Assembly: GCA_030429545.1 (NCBI GenBank)
Contig: JAUIFF010000001.1
Span: forward strand, 403,599-467,598
DNA length: 64,000 nucleotides
Direction: 5' to 3'
Origin: Polyangia bacterium
GTDB taxonomy: Bacteria; Myxococcota_A; Polyangia; Nannocystales; Nannocystaceae
Below are positions 1 to 11,068 of this stretch, one piece after another (position 1 is the first letter of the stretch; each line of letters opens with the position of its first letter). The position numbers and the translations under genes are program-made. The notes beneath the pieces were generated by a model, which ran no database searches, was not told the origin of the DNA, and saw only the letters and a program-made list of their open reading frames with translations.

Positions 1-3000
1 AGGTCGAGATTTCGTTGTATTCCCGCTCGTATCGCGGAGCGTGCTGCTCGAGAATCGCCAGGGCGGAGGTGACCCGCGTGCGCAAGTGCTTGTAGGTGTC
101 GGTTGGCAACCCACCTGCCTGCCCGCTCGCATGGGCTGCTTTCAAGCGCTCGAAGTCAAACAACACGCGCCTGGGGTCTTGCTCGGAGCGCGTGGCTGCG
201 AACAGGTTGTTTGCGACTTCGAGCAAGGCCACGGCGCGGTCGGGCTCGCCAAGGGCGAGGGCCGTCTTGCCAGCCTCATAGTGGAGGTAGGCATGGACGA
301 GCGGGTTTTTCAGTTTATTTTTTGTAAATACATCAATGCTGCGGTTGGCAGCCACGTTTGCCTCGGTAAGGTTACCACCGCCGCGCAGGGCCATCCCTAG
401 TCGATAATGAGCCAGGGCTTTTTTGGTGGGATTGCCGGCGAGCCCGACAGCGGCTTCGAACGCCTGGACAGCAGTTGTCCAATCCTTGCGTTCCATGGCC
501 GCGTTGCCCAGCTCAATCCACGACTCCACAATGCCTGGATCGTCAGCTTTGACGTTGGCTGTCCGCATGGCCATGGCCTGTTGGTGGAGGGCGAGGGCCT
601 GCTGATGGTCGCCCATGCCGGTGTGGGCCCGTGCGATTGCATGGACAACACTGGCAACGCTCGACGGAGCACCGCCATGGTGTTCAAGGATGTCGCGCGC
701 GCGTTGAAAGATTTTTAGGGCATCCTCAAACCGGCGTTGGTCTTCGGCAATATCGCCTAAACTATCGAGCATGTCCCGAAGCTCTAGGGCCTTGGGTCCC
801 ATCAAGCGTTGATAGTTGGCAAGTGCCTGTTCGATGTAGGGCCGCGCCTGGTCGAGCCGCTCCTGGCGTTGCAGGGCGAGACCGATGTTGTATTGGACCA
901 TCGCCGTGTATGGGTGGTTTGGCCCAAATTGTACAAGCAACAGTTCAAGTGCCTGGCGCTGATAGGCCTCGGCCCGGGCAAACTCCCCCGCGTGCATGCT
1001 GTTGATCCCGAGGTTGACCAGGGTGAATGCATATTGCGGGTGGTCTTCGCCGTAGACCTCGCGCTTGAGCTCGAGTGCTTGGCTACCGGTTTTTTGGGCC
1101 TGCGTGTACTGCCCATCTCGCATCAGCACGGCTGTTTGGTTGTTGAGCAGCAGGGCCCGAAGCTCGCGGTCACCGGTGCGTTTGACCAACGCGTCGATCA
1201 TCGCCATGTCCTCGAGCGCCCGGGCTGACGCCCCGCCACGGAAACCTTGTGTGTACAATTTTTTGGTGAGGGCCTCGGCCGCCACCCGGTCGTGACCGTG
1301 CTCGAGGGCAATCAGCGAAGCCTGTTCGAGTGTTTGCGCGACCTCCTGCGGGTTACCGTGTTCGATTTGCAGACTACCGCGGGTGAGCAACCCTTCGCTT
1401 TTTAGCGGGGGATAGCTCGCGGCTTGGGGACTTTTGAGTACCTCGTCGACAAGTTGCTGGCCCTCGTCGAACTTGGCCAGTTTTTCAAAGCTCTGTGCCC
1501 GCGCGAGGTTGAGGCGCGAAGCCTGCACTGCCTGCGCGAGGTCGTCGCTCTCGGGTAGCGCAACCTCGGCTAGGAGTGCCTCGGTATCGTCGCAACGCGC
1601 AAGGCTCGGTAGGCCGGCAACCGCCTCGATTGCGCGCTGGGCAATCCCGGCATCGGCGTTGGCGAGGGTTTGGACGAGGGTGTCAAAGTGTGCACGCCGC
1701 TGGTTGAGGCAGTTGGACTGAAGGTCGTAGAGCTTGCTCGACAACAGTCCTCGCTGGTGCTGTTGGCACGATTCAGTGCGGGTGTCGAGCCACTGGTCGC
1801 GGTAGCCATCGAGCGTTGGCGAAATCCTTTGCCAGGCATCGGCGGCATAGACTTGGTCGGTCGCGGCGAGTGCCTGCTCGACGGCGGTGGCCCGCTGGGG
1901 GTTCCAAACATCGGCGATTTCGTCGTCGAGGTTGGCACAGGGTTGCTCCGGTGCGGCGACGACTGCCGTGGCCGCATAGGTTGCAAGTGCAACGATCCCG
2001 GCGAGGGCGACCGCCGATGCCAGGCGCCGCCGACGTTTGGCCGGGTCATTGGCCAACGCAGTCAGCAAGCTTGTCATGGAGGCATGACGCCTGTCGGGAT
2101 CGACCGCGAGTCCCTGGAGCACCAAACGATGGATCCAGGGGGGAACTTTGTGGCCAGGCTGCGGCGACGAGATCCGCCCCGAAATCACCGCATCGACCAA
2201 ATGGGCGAGGTTGTCGGTGGGGAAGGGGAGTTGGCCATAGAGCCCCTCATAAAGGGCTACGCAAAAGTTGAACTGATCGGTCCGTGCCGTCACCGGCTCG
2301 CCGAGGTGTTGCTCGGGGGCCATATAGGCGGGTGTGCCCATCACCGCGCCGGTGCTCGTGAGGTGCATGTCGAGCAACCGGTTGGTTGGCAGATCAGTTG
2401 TAGATGCAGATGTATCGTCGGTCGCGGAGGGGTCGGCGGAGGTCCGTGCCAGCCCAAAGTCCATGACTTTGACGGCTCCATCCTCGGCAATCAGGACGTT
2501 ACCGGGTTTGAAGTCGCGGTGGACGAGGCCGGCTGCATGGGCCGCTTCGAGCCCGCGACCTGCCTGAAGAAACACATCGACGACCTGTTGCCAGTTGCGC
2601 TTGTGGTCGCGTAGCCAGCGGTCGAGACTCTGGCCGCGGACAAACTCCATGGCCAAAAACACTTCGCCCTCGTGTTCGCCCGACTCGTGGACGGTGACGA
2701 TATTGGGGTGCGAGAGCCGGGCCATAGCCTGGGCTTCGCGCAACAGTCGGGTCCGCCCGGTCGCATCCACTTTTTTCGTTTGTGGGCGCAGTACTTTAAT
2801 CGCGACCTTGCGGTCGAGGCGGTCGTCGTAGGCGGAATAGACAATCCCCATGCCCCCGGCGCCGAGCCGATCGAGAATGGTGTACCGGCCGATCTTGACG
2901 GGCCCGCGACTCGGAAACAGCCGCGAGAGCACAAGGTTTTTCAGGCCGGCATCGGCCGGTGGGTCGGTGCCCGCCCCGGTCCCGCCAACCGTACGCGTGA

Positions 3001-3193
3001 ACTGGATGGCATCGGGTAACCGGGCCTGTTGCATGCCCGGGTCAGAGGCCATGGTTTGCAAGGTGCCAATGCTGGGGTCACTTTTTTGAGCCTGGCTCGA
3101 ACGACCGAGGTCCGACTCGGCAACCGGTCGAAGTTGGGTGCGAGCCGTGGCGAGGCCGTCGCGTTCGCGGCCTTCTTCGGGGGAGTCAGTCAT
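1..3193 (-). CDS. Ser/Thr protein kinase with long C-terminal TPR-repeat region (start codon at 3193; 3' end runs beyond window start)
   Basis: Minus-strand translation from ATG at 3193 gives MTDSPEEG...[14 protein letters not shown] (Gly loop), VAIKVL (Lys), [12 protein letters not shown] (catalytic loop), [16 protein letters not shown]. Downstream are >700 aa of TPR-like helical repeats. The ORF is absent from the track only because it is not closed within the window. Confidence 0.85.
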   Translation of the reverse strand, partial: [1064 protein letters not shown]

Positions 3194-3410
3194 TGGGAGC
3201 GCGTACATCCTCATCATGCCAAACCGCGTGCCGCGGGCTCACCCTCAGATTCACCGGAACGCACAAATCAATTGGCCGCGGGTAAAAATAATTGCCCACC
3301 ACGCGTTGTCGCCCCTACCGAAGCTTGTTTTTGCGCAAAGTTGCGCGGGGCGGGTGCGCACATGTTGGCTGGGTGCTGAGCTCGGTCGCCGGACTTGGCT
3401 AAGTTTTTGG

Positions 3411-3442
3411 TGTATCAACAACAAAAGGCCGCTGGTGCGGCC
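3411..3442 (-). terminator. Rho-independent terminator downstream of typA
   Basis: GGCCGC-acca-GCGGCC stem-loop followed on the minus strand by TTTTGTTGTTG; also hairpin plus TTTCGTTT on the plus strand. Confidence 0.5.
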
Positions 3443-3467
3443 TTTCGTTTGCTCCGGTCGTTGAGCC

Positions 3468-5351
3468 CTAGCTAGCGGTAGCAGCGGCTTTTTCGGCCCG
3501 CTTGCGGGCGTTGTGATCGAGTAGGCGCTTGCGTAGCCGCAGGTGGTTGGGCGTGACCTCGAGAAGTTCGTCGTCGTTCAAAAACGCCAGCGCCTGCTCG
3601 AGCGACAGTTGCCGGTGCGGGGTCAAAAACAGCTTTTCGTCGGACCCCGCAGCGCGCACGTTGGTGAGTTTCTTGGTGATACAAGGATTGACAATGATGT
3701 CGTTGTCGCGGCTGTGTTCGCCGAGAATCATGCCGGCATACACAGGCGTTTGCGGGCCGACGAACATCGAGCCGCGGTCTTGCAGCCGGTGCAGCGAGTA
3801 GGTGATGGTCTCGCCCGGGTCCATCACGATCATCACGCCACGCGAACGCGACTTGCGAGCGCCCTGGTGCGGGCCGTAGTTGGCAAACACCGACGACAGG
3901 ATCCCCGTGCCGCGGGTATCGGTGAGCAACTCGCTGCGATAGCCAATCAGCCCGCGGGTTGGCATGTAGAACTCCAGGCGAGTACGCCCGGTGTCGTCGG
4001 TGTCCATCGCCCGCAACTCGGCCATCCGCGACGAGAGTTTTTCGATCACCGTGCCGCTGTATTCGCTGTCGCACTGGACCACGACGTTTTCGTAGGGCTC
4101 TAGCAGCGAACCATCTTCGCCGCGCTTGGGAATCACCCGCGGCCGCGAGACACACAACTCGTAGCCCTCGCGGCGCATGGTTTCGATAAGGACCGACAGG
4201 TGCAGCTCACCGCGCCCGGCAACCTCAAACTCATCCGACGACTCGGTTTCGGAGACCTTGAGCGCGACGTTGGATTTGATTTCGCGGGCGAGGCGTTCGG
4301 CGATCTTGCGCGAGGTGACCCATTTGCCATCCTTGCCGGCGAATGGGCTGTCGTTGATGCGAAAGCGGACCGACATGGTCGGCGGGTCGACATCGAGGCT
4401 GGGGAACACCGTGCGCTCGGCGACGTTTTCGCAGGTCAAGGTGTCGCCGACTTGCAGCGTTGTCATACCCGCGACCGCGGCGATATCTCCGGCTTCGACC
4501 TGTTCGCGGGTAAATCGTTGGGTCCCGCGAAAGCCGAGGAGCTTGCGCACGCGAAACACCTCGACACATTCGGCCGGCTCATCTGTGGCGGTCGGGCGCA
4601 TCAGGGCCACGCGGTCTCCCGGTTTCAGTGTACCTGCACGGACCCGGCCAATCGCGACATAGCCGATGTACGAATCGTGGTCGAGGGTCGACACCCACAT
4701 GGCAAGGTTGCCGTCGTCGACCTCGGGGCCGGGCGCGTGGTCGACGATGAAATCGAGGATCGCGTCCATGCCCAACTGGGTCTCGTCGTCAGGGTCGGCC
4801 ATCGCGTAGCGCTCTCGGGCGCTGCAGAAGATGGTCGGGAACTCGAGTTGGTCCTCGCTGGCGTTGAGGTTGACGAGCAAGTCAAAGGTCGAGTCGACGG
4901 TTTTGTGGGGCTCGCAGCCGTCGCGGTCGATCTTGTTGACGACGAGTAGGACCTTGAGACCGAGGGCGATGGCCTTTTCGGTGACAAACCGCGTCTGCGG
5001 CATTGGGCCTTCAAATGCATCGACAACCAACAGCACGGCGTCGACCATATTGAGCACGCGTTCGACCTCGCCACCGAAGTCGGCGTGTCCCGGGGTGTCG
5101 ACGAGGTTGATGCGAATACCCTTGTACTCGACTGCCGTGGGTTTGCTGGTGATGGTGATGCCGCGTTCACGCTCGAGGTCGCCGCTATCCATCGCCCGCT
5201 CGGCGTGCTGCTCGGTCCTCTTGAATGCGCCAGCGGCCGCGAGGAGGCCGTCTACCAGGGTTGTTTTTCCGTGGTCGACATGGGCGATGATCGCTACGTT
5301 GCGGAGTTCACTTCGGCGGGTCATTGATCTTGGGAGCGGTGTTCCAATCAC
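3468..5351 (-). CDS. typA: Translational GTPase TypA/BipA
   Basis: 627 aa; N-terminus NVAIIAHVDHGKTTLVD (G1), DTPGHADF (G3), NKID (G4); full-length collinearity with the BipA family. Confidence 0.95.
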   Translation of the reverse strand: MIGTPLPRSMTRRSELRNVAIIAHVDHGKTTLVDGLLAAAGAFKRTEQHAERAMDSGDLERERGITITSKPTAVEYKGIRINLVDTPGHADFGGEVERVLNMVDAVLLVVDAFEGPMPQTRFVTEKAIALGLKVLLVVNKIDRDGCEPHKTVDSTFDLLVNLNASEDQLEFPTIFCSARERYAMADPDDETQLGMDAILDFIVDHAPGPEVDDGNLAMWVSTLDHDSYIGYVAIGRVRAGTLKPGDRVALMRPTATDEPAECVEVFRVRKLLGFRGTQRFTREQVEAGDIAAVAGMTTLQVGDTLTCENVAERTVFPSLDVDPPTMSVRFRINDSPFAGKDGKWVTSRKIAERLAREIKSNVALKVSETESSDEFEVAGRGELHLSVLIETMRREGYELCVSRPRVIPKRGEDGSLLEPYENVVVQCDSEYSGTVIEKLSSRMAELRAMDTDDTGRTRLEFYMPTRGLIGYRSELLTDTRGTGILSSVFANYGPHQGARKSRSRGVMIVMDPGETITYSLHRLQDRGSMFVGPQTPVYAGMILGEHSRDNDIIVNPCITKKLTNVRAAGSDEKLFLTPHRQLSLEQALAFLNDDELLEVTPNHLRLRKRLLDHNARKRAEKAAATAS

Positions 5352-5619
5352 CGTTCCGGTGCGACCTACCCGGGAACGCTACGGGTCACAAGGGTGCCCT
5401 TCGTGAGCTCACGGTTACGTGACGTTGGCATCACCTGCCTGTGCCTAGCTGTTGTCGGATTTTTCGATGCCGGCTCCCCGGCAGATTTCGCCCGAGGTTG
5501 ACCTTGGTGACAGTTGCAAACACACGAGGCCACAAGCGCGAAGGCGACTCGCCACGAAAACCACCGGTTGCTAGCGCCGGTTTGTCGGCCACAAAAATCG
5601 CGGACGGCGGGGAGAGGGA

Positions 5620-5829
5620 CTATGCCGCGAAGTCATAGCCGCACCTCCCTTCGGTTTCGCTCGGTCGGTTGGTATCGGGTGGTCCGTCCGGTGGCGACTG
5701 GGTTGGATCATCCGGTTGCTCTAGGTTTGGTTTTCCCTTTTCCTCCGCCGGTACCGGCAGGAGTGGGTCGTCCGCCGAGGGCAGCTTGGGGTTGGGCACC
5801 CGCTTGAGCTCGAGGTCCTTTTTGGTCAT
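5620..5829 (-). CDS. Small Pro/Asp-rich hypothetical protein (69 aa) upstream of typA
   Basis: ORF only; low-complexity P-rich sequence; same strand as typA. Could be non-coding leader. Confidence 0.25.
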   Translation of the reverse strand: MTKKDLELKRVPNPKLPSADDPLLPVPAEEKGKPNLEQPDDPTQSPPDGPPDTNRPSETEGRCGYDFAA

Positions 5830-6062
5830 GTCATTAGTTCAGCTGTTTGAGTGTTCAGTGTCAACGGATAGCCGGTAGAATGTGCGAAATTTAGGCGCGA
5901 AATAGCTTATAAACAAAGTTCTGAGGTTCACCACAGCGCGTGTGCGCGGGACTGATCGCGGTTGCGAGATCTCATCGTTTCACAATCCGGCCGGATGGAT
6001 TGGTCGCGTTGTTCAGGCACACTGGGGTGAACCGATGCCCCGATTCGTGCGTCCGGAGTCAC

Positions 6063-6842
6063 ATGTCTGAGGATGTTTGGGTTGTCGGCCTGCGACTACT
6101 GCTCGATTTGCTCGCAGGTCCGTCGCCGAGCTCGCAGCCGGCCGAGCCGACGGGCGCACCGGTGGTTGAGGTCGCGACAGAGCCAACTGCTCCACAAACC
6201 CAAGATCCCCGCGTGGTCGCGGTTTTGCCCGGTATGGACACCTCCGACATCGCCGACCACAACCTCCCGCCGGTGCCGATCGACCGATGCTTTGAACGGC
6301 TTGCCCAGGCTGGGGTGAGCTACAAGGAAAGCGCGATCAAACTGCATCGCAACCGCTCAGGTGAGTTCATCTGCGGGGCCAAACAGGTGGTTCGCTACCA
6401 AAAAGGGCCGGGGGCGATTCGCTACAACTCGCGTCCCAAACTCACCTGCAAGATGGCGGTGGCGATGGCGGACTTTGAGCGGATTGTCCAGGACGAGGCG
6501 GTCCGCCACCTCGGGCGCCGTGTCGTCAAGATCCAACATATTGGTACCTACAACTGTCGTGGGATCGCAGCCTACGAGGGGTGGGTGAGTCAGCACAGTT
6601 TCGGCAACGCGATCGACATCAAGACCTTTACTTTTAAGGGCGGGCGCGAGGTTTCGGTAAAAAAGCACTACGGCCGCGGGCCCGAGGCTCCGGCCCATGC
6701 CGAGGGCAAGTTCTTGCGGGCGGTGGTTCGCCGGCTTGTCGACGAAAAGGTGTTTACCGTGGTCGTGACTCCCAATTTTGACCGGGCCCATCACAATCAT
6801 ATCCACCTCGACCTCGCCCCGTATTCGGTCGATGGCACCTGA
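6063..6842 (+). CDS. Secreted extensin-like C-terminal domain protein (LAS/M15-like metallopeptidase fold)
   Basis: ATG at 6063 followed by hydrophobic signal-like segment. C-terminal YNCRGIAAYEGWVSQHSFGNAIDI and HHNHIHLD resemble the SxHxxGxAxD / HxH zinc motifs of LAS-family peptidases and the extensin-like_C domain. Confidence 0.6.
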   Translation: MSEDVWVVGLRLLLDLLAGPSPSSQPAEPTGAPVVEVATEPTAPQTQDPRVVAVLPGMDTSDIADHNLPPVPIDRCFERLAQAGVSYKESAIKLHRNRSGEFICGAKQVVRYQKGPGAIRYNSRPKLTCKMAVAMADFERIVQDEAVRHLGRRVVKIQHIGTYNCRGIAAYEGWVSQHSFGNAIDIKTFTFKGGREVSVKKHYGRGPEAPAHAEGKFLRAVVRRLVDEKVFTVVVTPNFDRAHHNHIHLDLAPYSVDGT

Positions 6843-7003
6843 TTTGCGGGTTTGTGGCTGGGCGAGATGATGTGCATACATGGATTTCGCGAGCGTTTGA
6901 GTTGAGGTTGGCGAGCTGACAAGCGCGGCAGAACATGCACATACGACGAGTCTGTCGGGGGTGACGCCAGCCGGATTTCTCGCTAGCCTGCGCCCGCCGC
7001 CCT

Positions 7004-8863
7004 ATGAAGTACGTCGCTGGAATCGACCTCGGGACAACCCACACCTGTGTCGCCATTGTCAAAGATGGAGTCGCCCAGGTGATCGCGGATAAGGCAGGGC
7101 TATTGACGACTCCTTCGGTTGTTACCGTGACCCGGGGTGGCAAGCGCTTGGTCGGTCATGTCGCCAAGCGGCAGTCGTTGATCAACCCGACCAACACAGT
7201 CGCCTCGGCCAAGCGCCTGATCGGACAAAAGTGGGGTACCCCAGAGACACGGGCGCTGGCCGAACAATGCCACTTTCGCCTGGTGGAGGGGCGCTACGGC
7301 GATGTCCGGGTGCGTCTGCGCGACCACGTGTACAGCGTGCCCGAGCTCAGTGCCTACCTCCTGCGCGAAATGAAGTTGCTCGCCGAACAATTTGTAGGTG
7401 CACCGGTTGAACACGCGGTTTTGACTGTCCCCGCTCACTTCAACGACAATCAGCGCCAGGCCACCCGCGACGCGGCCCGGATCGCCGGCCTGGGTGTGCT
7501 GCGGATCATCAACGAGCCGACCGCAGCGGCCGTGGCCTTCGGTGCAGGCAAGGAGCTCGAACAGCGGATCGTTGTCTACGACCTCGGTGGCGGCACATTT
7601 GATGTCTCGGTTGTCGAGGTGAGTCGCGGGGTCTTTGAAGTGATTTCAACGGCCGGCGAGACGTTTCTCGGCGGCGACGACCTCGATGCCAGGGTTGTCG
7701 AGTACCTCGTGGACCACGTGCAACAAACCCACGGCGTGGCGATTCGCAGCGAGCAGATTGTGATGCAGCGGATCCGTGACGCAGCCGAGCGGGCGCGTTG
7801 CGAGCTGTCGGTTCGCACGGCAGTCGAGATCAAAATCCCCCACCTCTATGTGTTGCCGTCGGGCGAGAGCTTGCACATCGACGAGACGCTGACGATCGAG
7901 GAGCTCGAGAGCCTGACCGAGGACCTGATCGACCGGACCATTGAGATTTGCAAGCAAACCCTGGAGCGGGCGCAGCTCACGGTCGACGCGATTGACCAGG
8001 TTGTACTCGTTGGCGGGGTCACGCAAATGCCGTTGGTGGTCCGCCGCGTGACCGAGTTGTTTGGCCGCGAACCGGCCACGGGCTACGACCCCTCGCATGT
8101 GGTTGCGCTCGGGGCAGGGATACATGCAGCTGCAACTGTTTCGCCCAACGAGGAGCTGTGCCTTCTCGACGTCGCCAGCCACAGCATTGGCGTGATGGTA
8201 CGCGGCGGCTATTTTATGCGTTTGATCGAACGCAATACCGCGATCCCAACCGAGGCGAGCCATACGTTTACGACCACCCACGACGGCCAAACGTCGGTTA
8301 AAATTCTCGTCTTGCAGGGAGAATATGAGCGGGCCGCCGATAACGAGTTGTTGGGGGAGTTTGTGCTCTCGGGGATTCGACCCGCTGCCCAGGGGAAGGT
8401 TGAGATCGAGGTTGTTGTCTCGATTTCACACGACGGGATTGTCAGTGTGTCTGCCCGCGAGTTGAGAGCCGAGCGTGAGGGGGAGGCTGAGGTCACCAGC
8501 CGGATCGAAGTGACCAACAGCAGCGGTCTGAGCCGCGCCGAGATCGAAGCGCTTGCCCGCGAGTCGCAAAACTACCTGATGCAGGCGCGCACCACCGAGG
8601 AGTTCGAGCTCGAGTGCTCCAAGACCAACCGGATGATCGCCGCTGTTCGGGCGCTGCTGCCCGAGGTCGAAGACATCATGTTCGACAGCCTGTTTGGGCG
8701 TGAAATGTTGAGCAAGACCCAATCGATAATCGACAAAGCGACCCCGGCGATGCAGCGCGGCGACATGCAGCAACTCCGGGACATCCGAGAGTCGCTCGAG
8801 CGGGCGCTAGGTATGTTTTTGCAGGTCGTGACCAAGTCGGGGCGGGGGCCGCAACGCTTGTAA
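7004..8863 (+). CDS. Hsp70-family chaperone (non-canonical DnaK paralog)
   Basis: 619 aa; IDLGTTHTCVA, VYDLGGGTFDVSVVEV, actin-like ATPase fold motifs; divergent substrate-binding domain. Confidence 0.85.
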   Translation: MKYVAGIDLGTTHTCVAIVKDGVAQVIADKAGLLTTPSVVTVTRGGKRLVGHVAKRQSLINPTNTVASAKRLIGQKWGTPETRALAEQCHFRLVEGRYGDVRVRLRDHVYSVPELSAYLLREMKLLAEQFVGAPVEHAVLTVPAHFNDNQRQATRDAARIAGLGVLRIINEPTAAAVAFGAGKELEQRIVVYDLGGGTFDVSVVEVSRGVFEVISTAGETFLGGDDLDARVVEYLVDHVQQTHGVAIRSEQIVMQRIRDAAERARCELSVRTAVEIKIPHLYVLPSGESLHIDETLTIEELESLTEDLIDRTIEICKQTLERAQLTVDAIDQVVLVGGVTQMPLVVRRVTELFGREPATGYDPSHVVALGAGIHAAATVSPNEELCLLDVASHSIGVMVRGGYFMRLIERNTAIPTEASHTFTTTHDGQTSVKILVLQGEYERAADNELLGEFVLSGIRPAAQGKVEIEVVVSISHDGIVSVSARELRAEREGEAEVTSRIEVTNSSGLSRAEIEALARESQNYLMQARTTEEFELECSKTNRMIAAVRALLPEVEDIMFDSLFGREMLSKTQSIIDKATPAMQRGDMQQLRDIRESLERALGMFLQVVTKSGRGPQRL

Positions 8864-9054
8864 GCGTCACGAGTTGACTACTACGCGCCAAGTCGGGTCG
8901 TCTGGCACGCGGGCATTCATTTGTGGATACAACTTTTTGACCGGCGTGGTCGATGGTCGAGCTCATCACGCGGAGAGGTCTTGGTACCGAGTTGTCTAGG
9001 GGTCAGCCCGTTGGGGTCGGTCGTGAGGCACGCGGTCCTCGCTCGCTCACAGAT

Positions 9055-9615
9055 TCACGGGATTTTGCGCAGGCTAGCGCGGTGTGGCCACGAGACGATC
9101 GCGCGACTGCGTAGGCGTTCGAGTATGCGCGGCCCGATGCCGCGAACGTCATCGAGTTCGGCTACGGTGGCAAAGGCCCGCTGCTGGCGAGCTTCGATGA
9201 TACGGCCGGCGAGGGCGGGGCCAATGCCTGGAAAACTAGCGAGCTCGTCGGCACCTGCCTCGTTGAGGTTGACCGGTAGGGCGAGGGCGGCGAGGTCGTC
9301 GGGCGGCATCCGTCGCCACCCTGGTTGTCCGCGGGTCGGATTGTTGTTGTTACAAATAATTTTTGGGACAAGGCTGTCGCCGGGTCGAATCGGTCGCCGG
9401 GGTGCGCCCGGGCAGACTTCGGCGAGTGTCGCAGGGCGCCGCTGGCCGCACACAAGGTTTCCCGCGATCATGACGGCAGACGGGCACTCGACCGGGGAGA
9501 ATGCGACGTTGGAGCCAACTGCCGGAGCTCGCCACAGTCCGACCATGAGCCAGGCAACACCCACGAAAGCGAGTTTGGTGAGGGCTTTGACTTGCCGGTG
9601 TTCGTCTGGGTGCAT
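9055..9615 (-). CDS. comEA: ComEA-like helix-hairpin-helix DNA-binding protein with N-terminal membrane anchor
   Basis: C-terminal VNLNEAGADELASFPGIGPALAGRIIEARQQ...LDDVRGIGPRILERL tandem HhH; TM helix near N-terminus (start at M 9615 preferred over 9681). Confidence 0.7.
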   Translation of the reverse strand: MHPDEHRQVKALTKLAFVGVAWLMVGLWRAPAVGSNVAFSPVECPSAVMIAGNLVCGQRRPATLAEVCPGAPRRPIRPGDSLVPKIICNNNNPTRGQPGWRRMPPDDLAALALPVNLNEAGADELASFPGIGPALAGRIIEARQQRAFATVAELDDVRGIGPRILERLRSRAIVSWPHRASLRKIP

Positions 9616-9733
9616 GGTTCGAATGCGAAAAGCCGAGCCCGTCGATCGGCGAAACGTTGGCGACCCTATAGGCAGGCACAACGTTTACGACCGATGCCAG
9701 GGGCACGGCTGCCATCAGGTATTGGTGATTGGG

Positions 9734-11068
9734 CTAGCTCGCGGCCTGTTGCTCGCCTGCACTTTGGTGCAGGCCAAAGCCCTCGTGCAGGGCACGGACC
9801 GCGAGTTCGCCGTAGCGCTCGTGGACCACCACGGAAACTTTGATCTCGGATGTCGAGACCATTTGGATGTTGATGTTGTCGCGGCCGAGCAGCTCAAAGG
9901 CTTTGGCGGCAACGCCCGCGTGGGTGCGCATGCCGACGCCGACGATCGAGATTTTGCAGATCGCACGGTCGCTGATCAGCTCGCTGGTGCTGCTGATGAG
10001 GTCGAGAGCCTGCAGCCCCTCGATCGAGCGGTCGAGGTCCTGCTCGGGCACGGTAAAGGTGACGTCGGTCGAGCCGTTGCGGCTGGCGTTTTGGATGATC
10101 ATGTCGACCACCACGCCGTCGTTGGCCAGCTTGCCAAAAATCGTGGCGATGCTCCCGGGGATGTCGGCGACGTTGGTCACGGTGATCTTGGCTTCGTTGC
10201 GGTCGAGTGCCACCCCGCGGACGATTGGTGTTTGCAGGTTGATGGCACGACCAGATTGTTGGGGCTGTTCAGACACGATCCAGGTTCCTTCGCCGGTGTG
10301 GAGCGACGAGCGCACATGTACGGGCACGCGGTGTTTCATGGCGATCTCGACGCTGCGGATTTGCAGGACCTTGGCGCCGAGGCTCGAAAGTTCGATCATC
10401 TCTTCGTAGGTGAGGTGGGGCAGCTTTTGTGCCCGCGGCTCGATCCGCGGATCGGTTGTGTAGACCCCGTCGACATCGGTGAGGATTTCACAGGCGTCGG
10501 CCTGCAAAGCAGCGGCGAGGGCCACCGCCGAGGTGTCGGAACCGCCCCGGCCGAGGGTGGTGATGTTGCCCTCGCGGTCGAGCCCCTGAAACCCTGCACA
10601 TACAACGATGTGGCCGGCATCGAGCTCACGGTGGAGCCGCTCGCGGTCGATGGTGGTGATACGCGCGTTGGTAAAGCTGCCGTCGGTCATCATGCCGAGC
10701 TGGTGGCCTACCAGCGAAATGGCCTTGCCGCCGAGCTCCTGAATCGCGATCGCAAGCAGCGAGGCACTCACTTTTTCGCCGGTGCTGACAAGTTGGTCGA
10801 GTTCGCGTTGGTGCGGCCGGTGGCCCACACGCCCACTGACGACATAGGGACCCTTGCCCTCGTCGCTTTGTGTCGTTTGGTCGCCGTGGACCTGGCTTAT
10901 CAGGCGGTTGCTCAGGCTGATGAGCCGGTTGGTTTCGCCGGACATGGCCGACACAACCACGACCAGCCCATGGCCCTGGCGACTGGTGTCGAGGCAGCGT
11001 TTGGCACAGGCATGGATCCGCTCGAGGGTGCCGACCGAGGTGCCTCCGTACTTTTGAACCACAAGCAT
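9734..11068 (-). CDS. lysC: Aspartate kinase (with C-terminal ACT domains)
   Basis: [13 protein letters not shown]...; KFGGTS kinase motif family, 444 aa, two ACT-like regions at C-terminus. Confidence 0.9.
   Translation of the reverse strand: MLVVQKYGGTSVGTLERIHACAKRCLDTSRQGHGLVVVVSAMSGETNRLISLSNRLISQVHGDQTTQSDEGKGPYVVSGRVGHRPHQRELDQLVSTGEKVSASLLAIAIQELGGKAISLVGHQLGMMTDGSFTNARITTIDRERLHRELDAGHIVVCAGFQGLDREGNITTLGRGGSDTSAVALAAALQADACEILTDVDGVYTTDPRIEPRAQKLPHLTYEEMIELSSLGAKVLQIRSVEIAMKHRVPVHVRSSLHTGEGTWIVSEQPQQSGRAINLQTPIVRGVALDRNEAKITVTNVADIPGSIATIFGKLANDGVVVDMIIQNASRNGSTDVTFTVPEQDLDRSIEGLQALDLISSTSELISDRAICKISIVGVGMRTHAGVAAKAFELLGRDNINIQMVSTSEIKVSVVVHERYGELAVRALHEGFGLHQSAGEQQAAS

Noticed and set aside
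5940-6062. GTG start at 5940 for the extensin-like gene
   Set aside because: It adds 41 residues without signal-peptide character. The ATG at 6063 is followed immediately by a hydrophobic signal-like segment.
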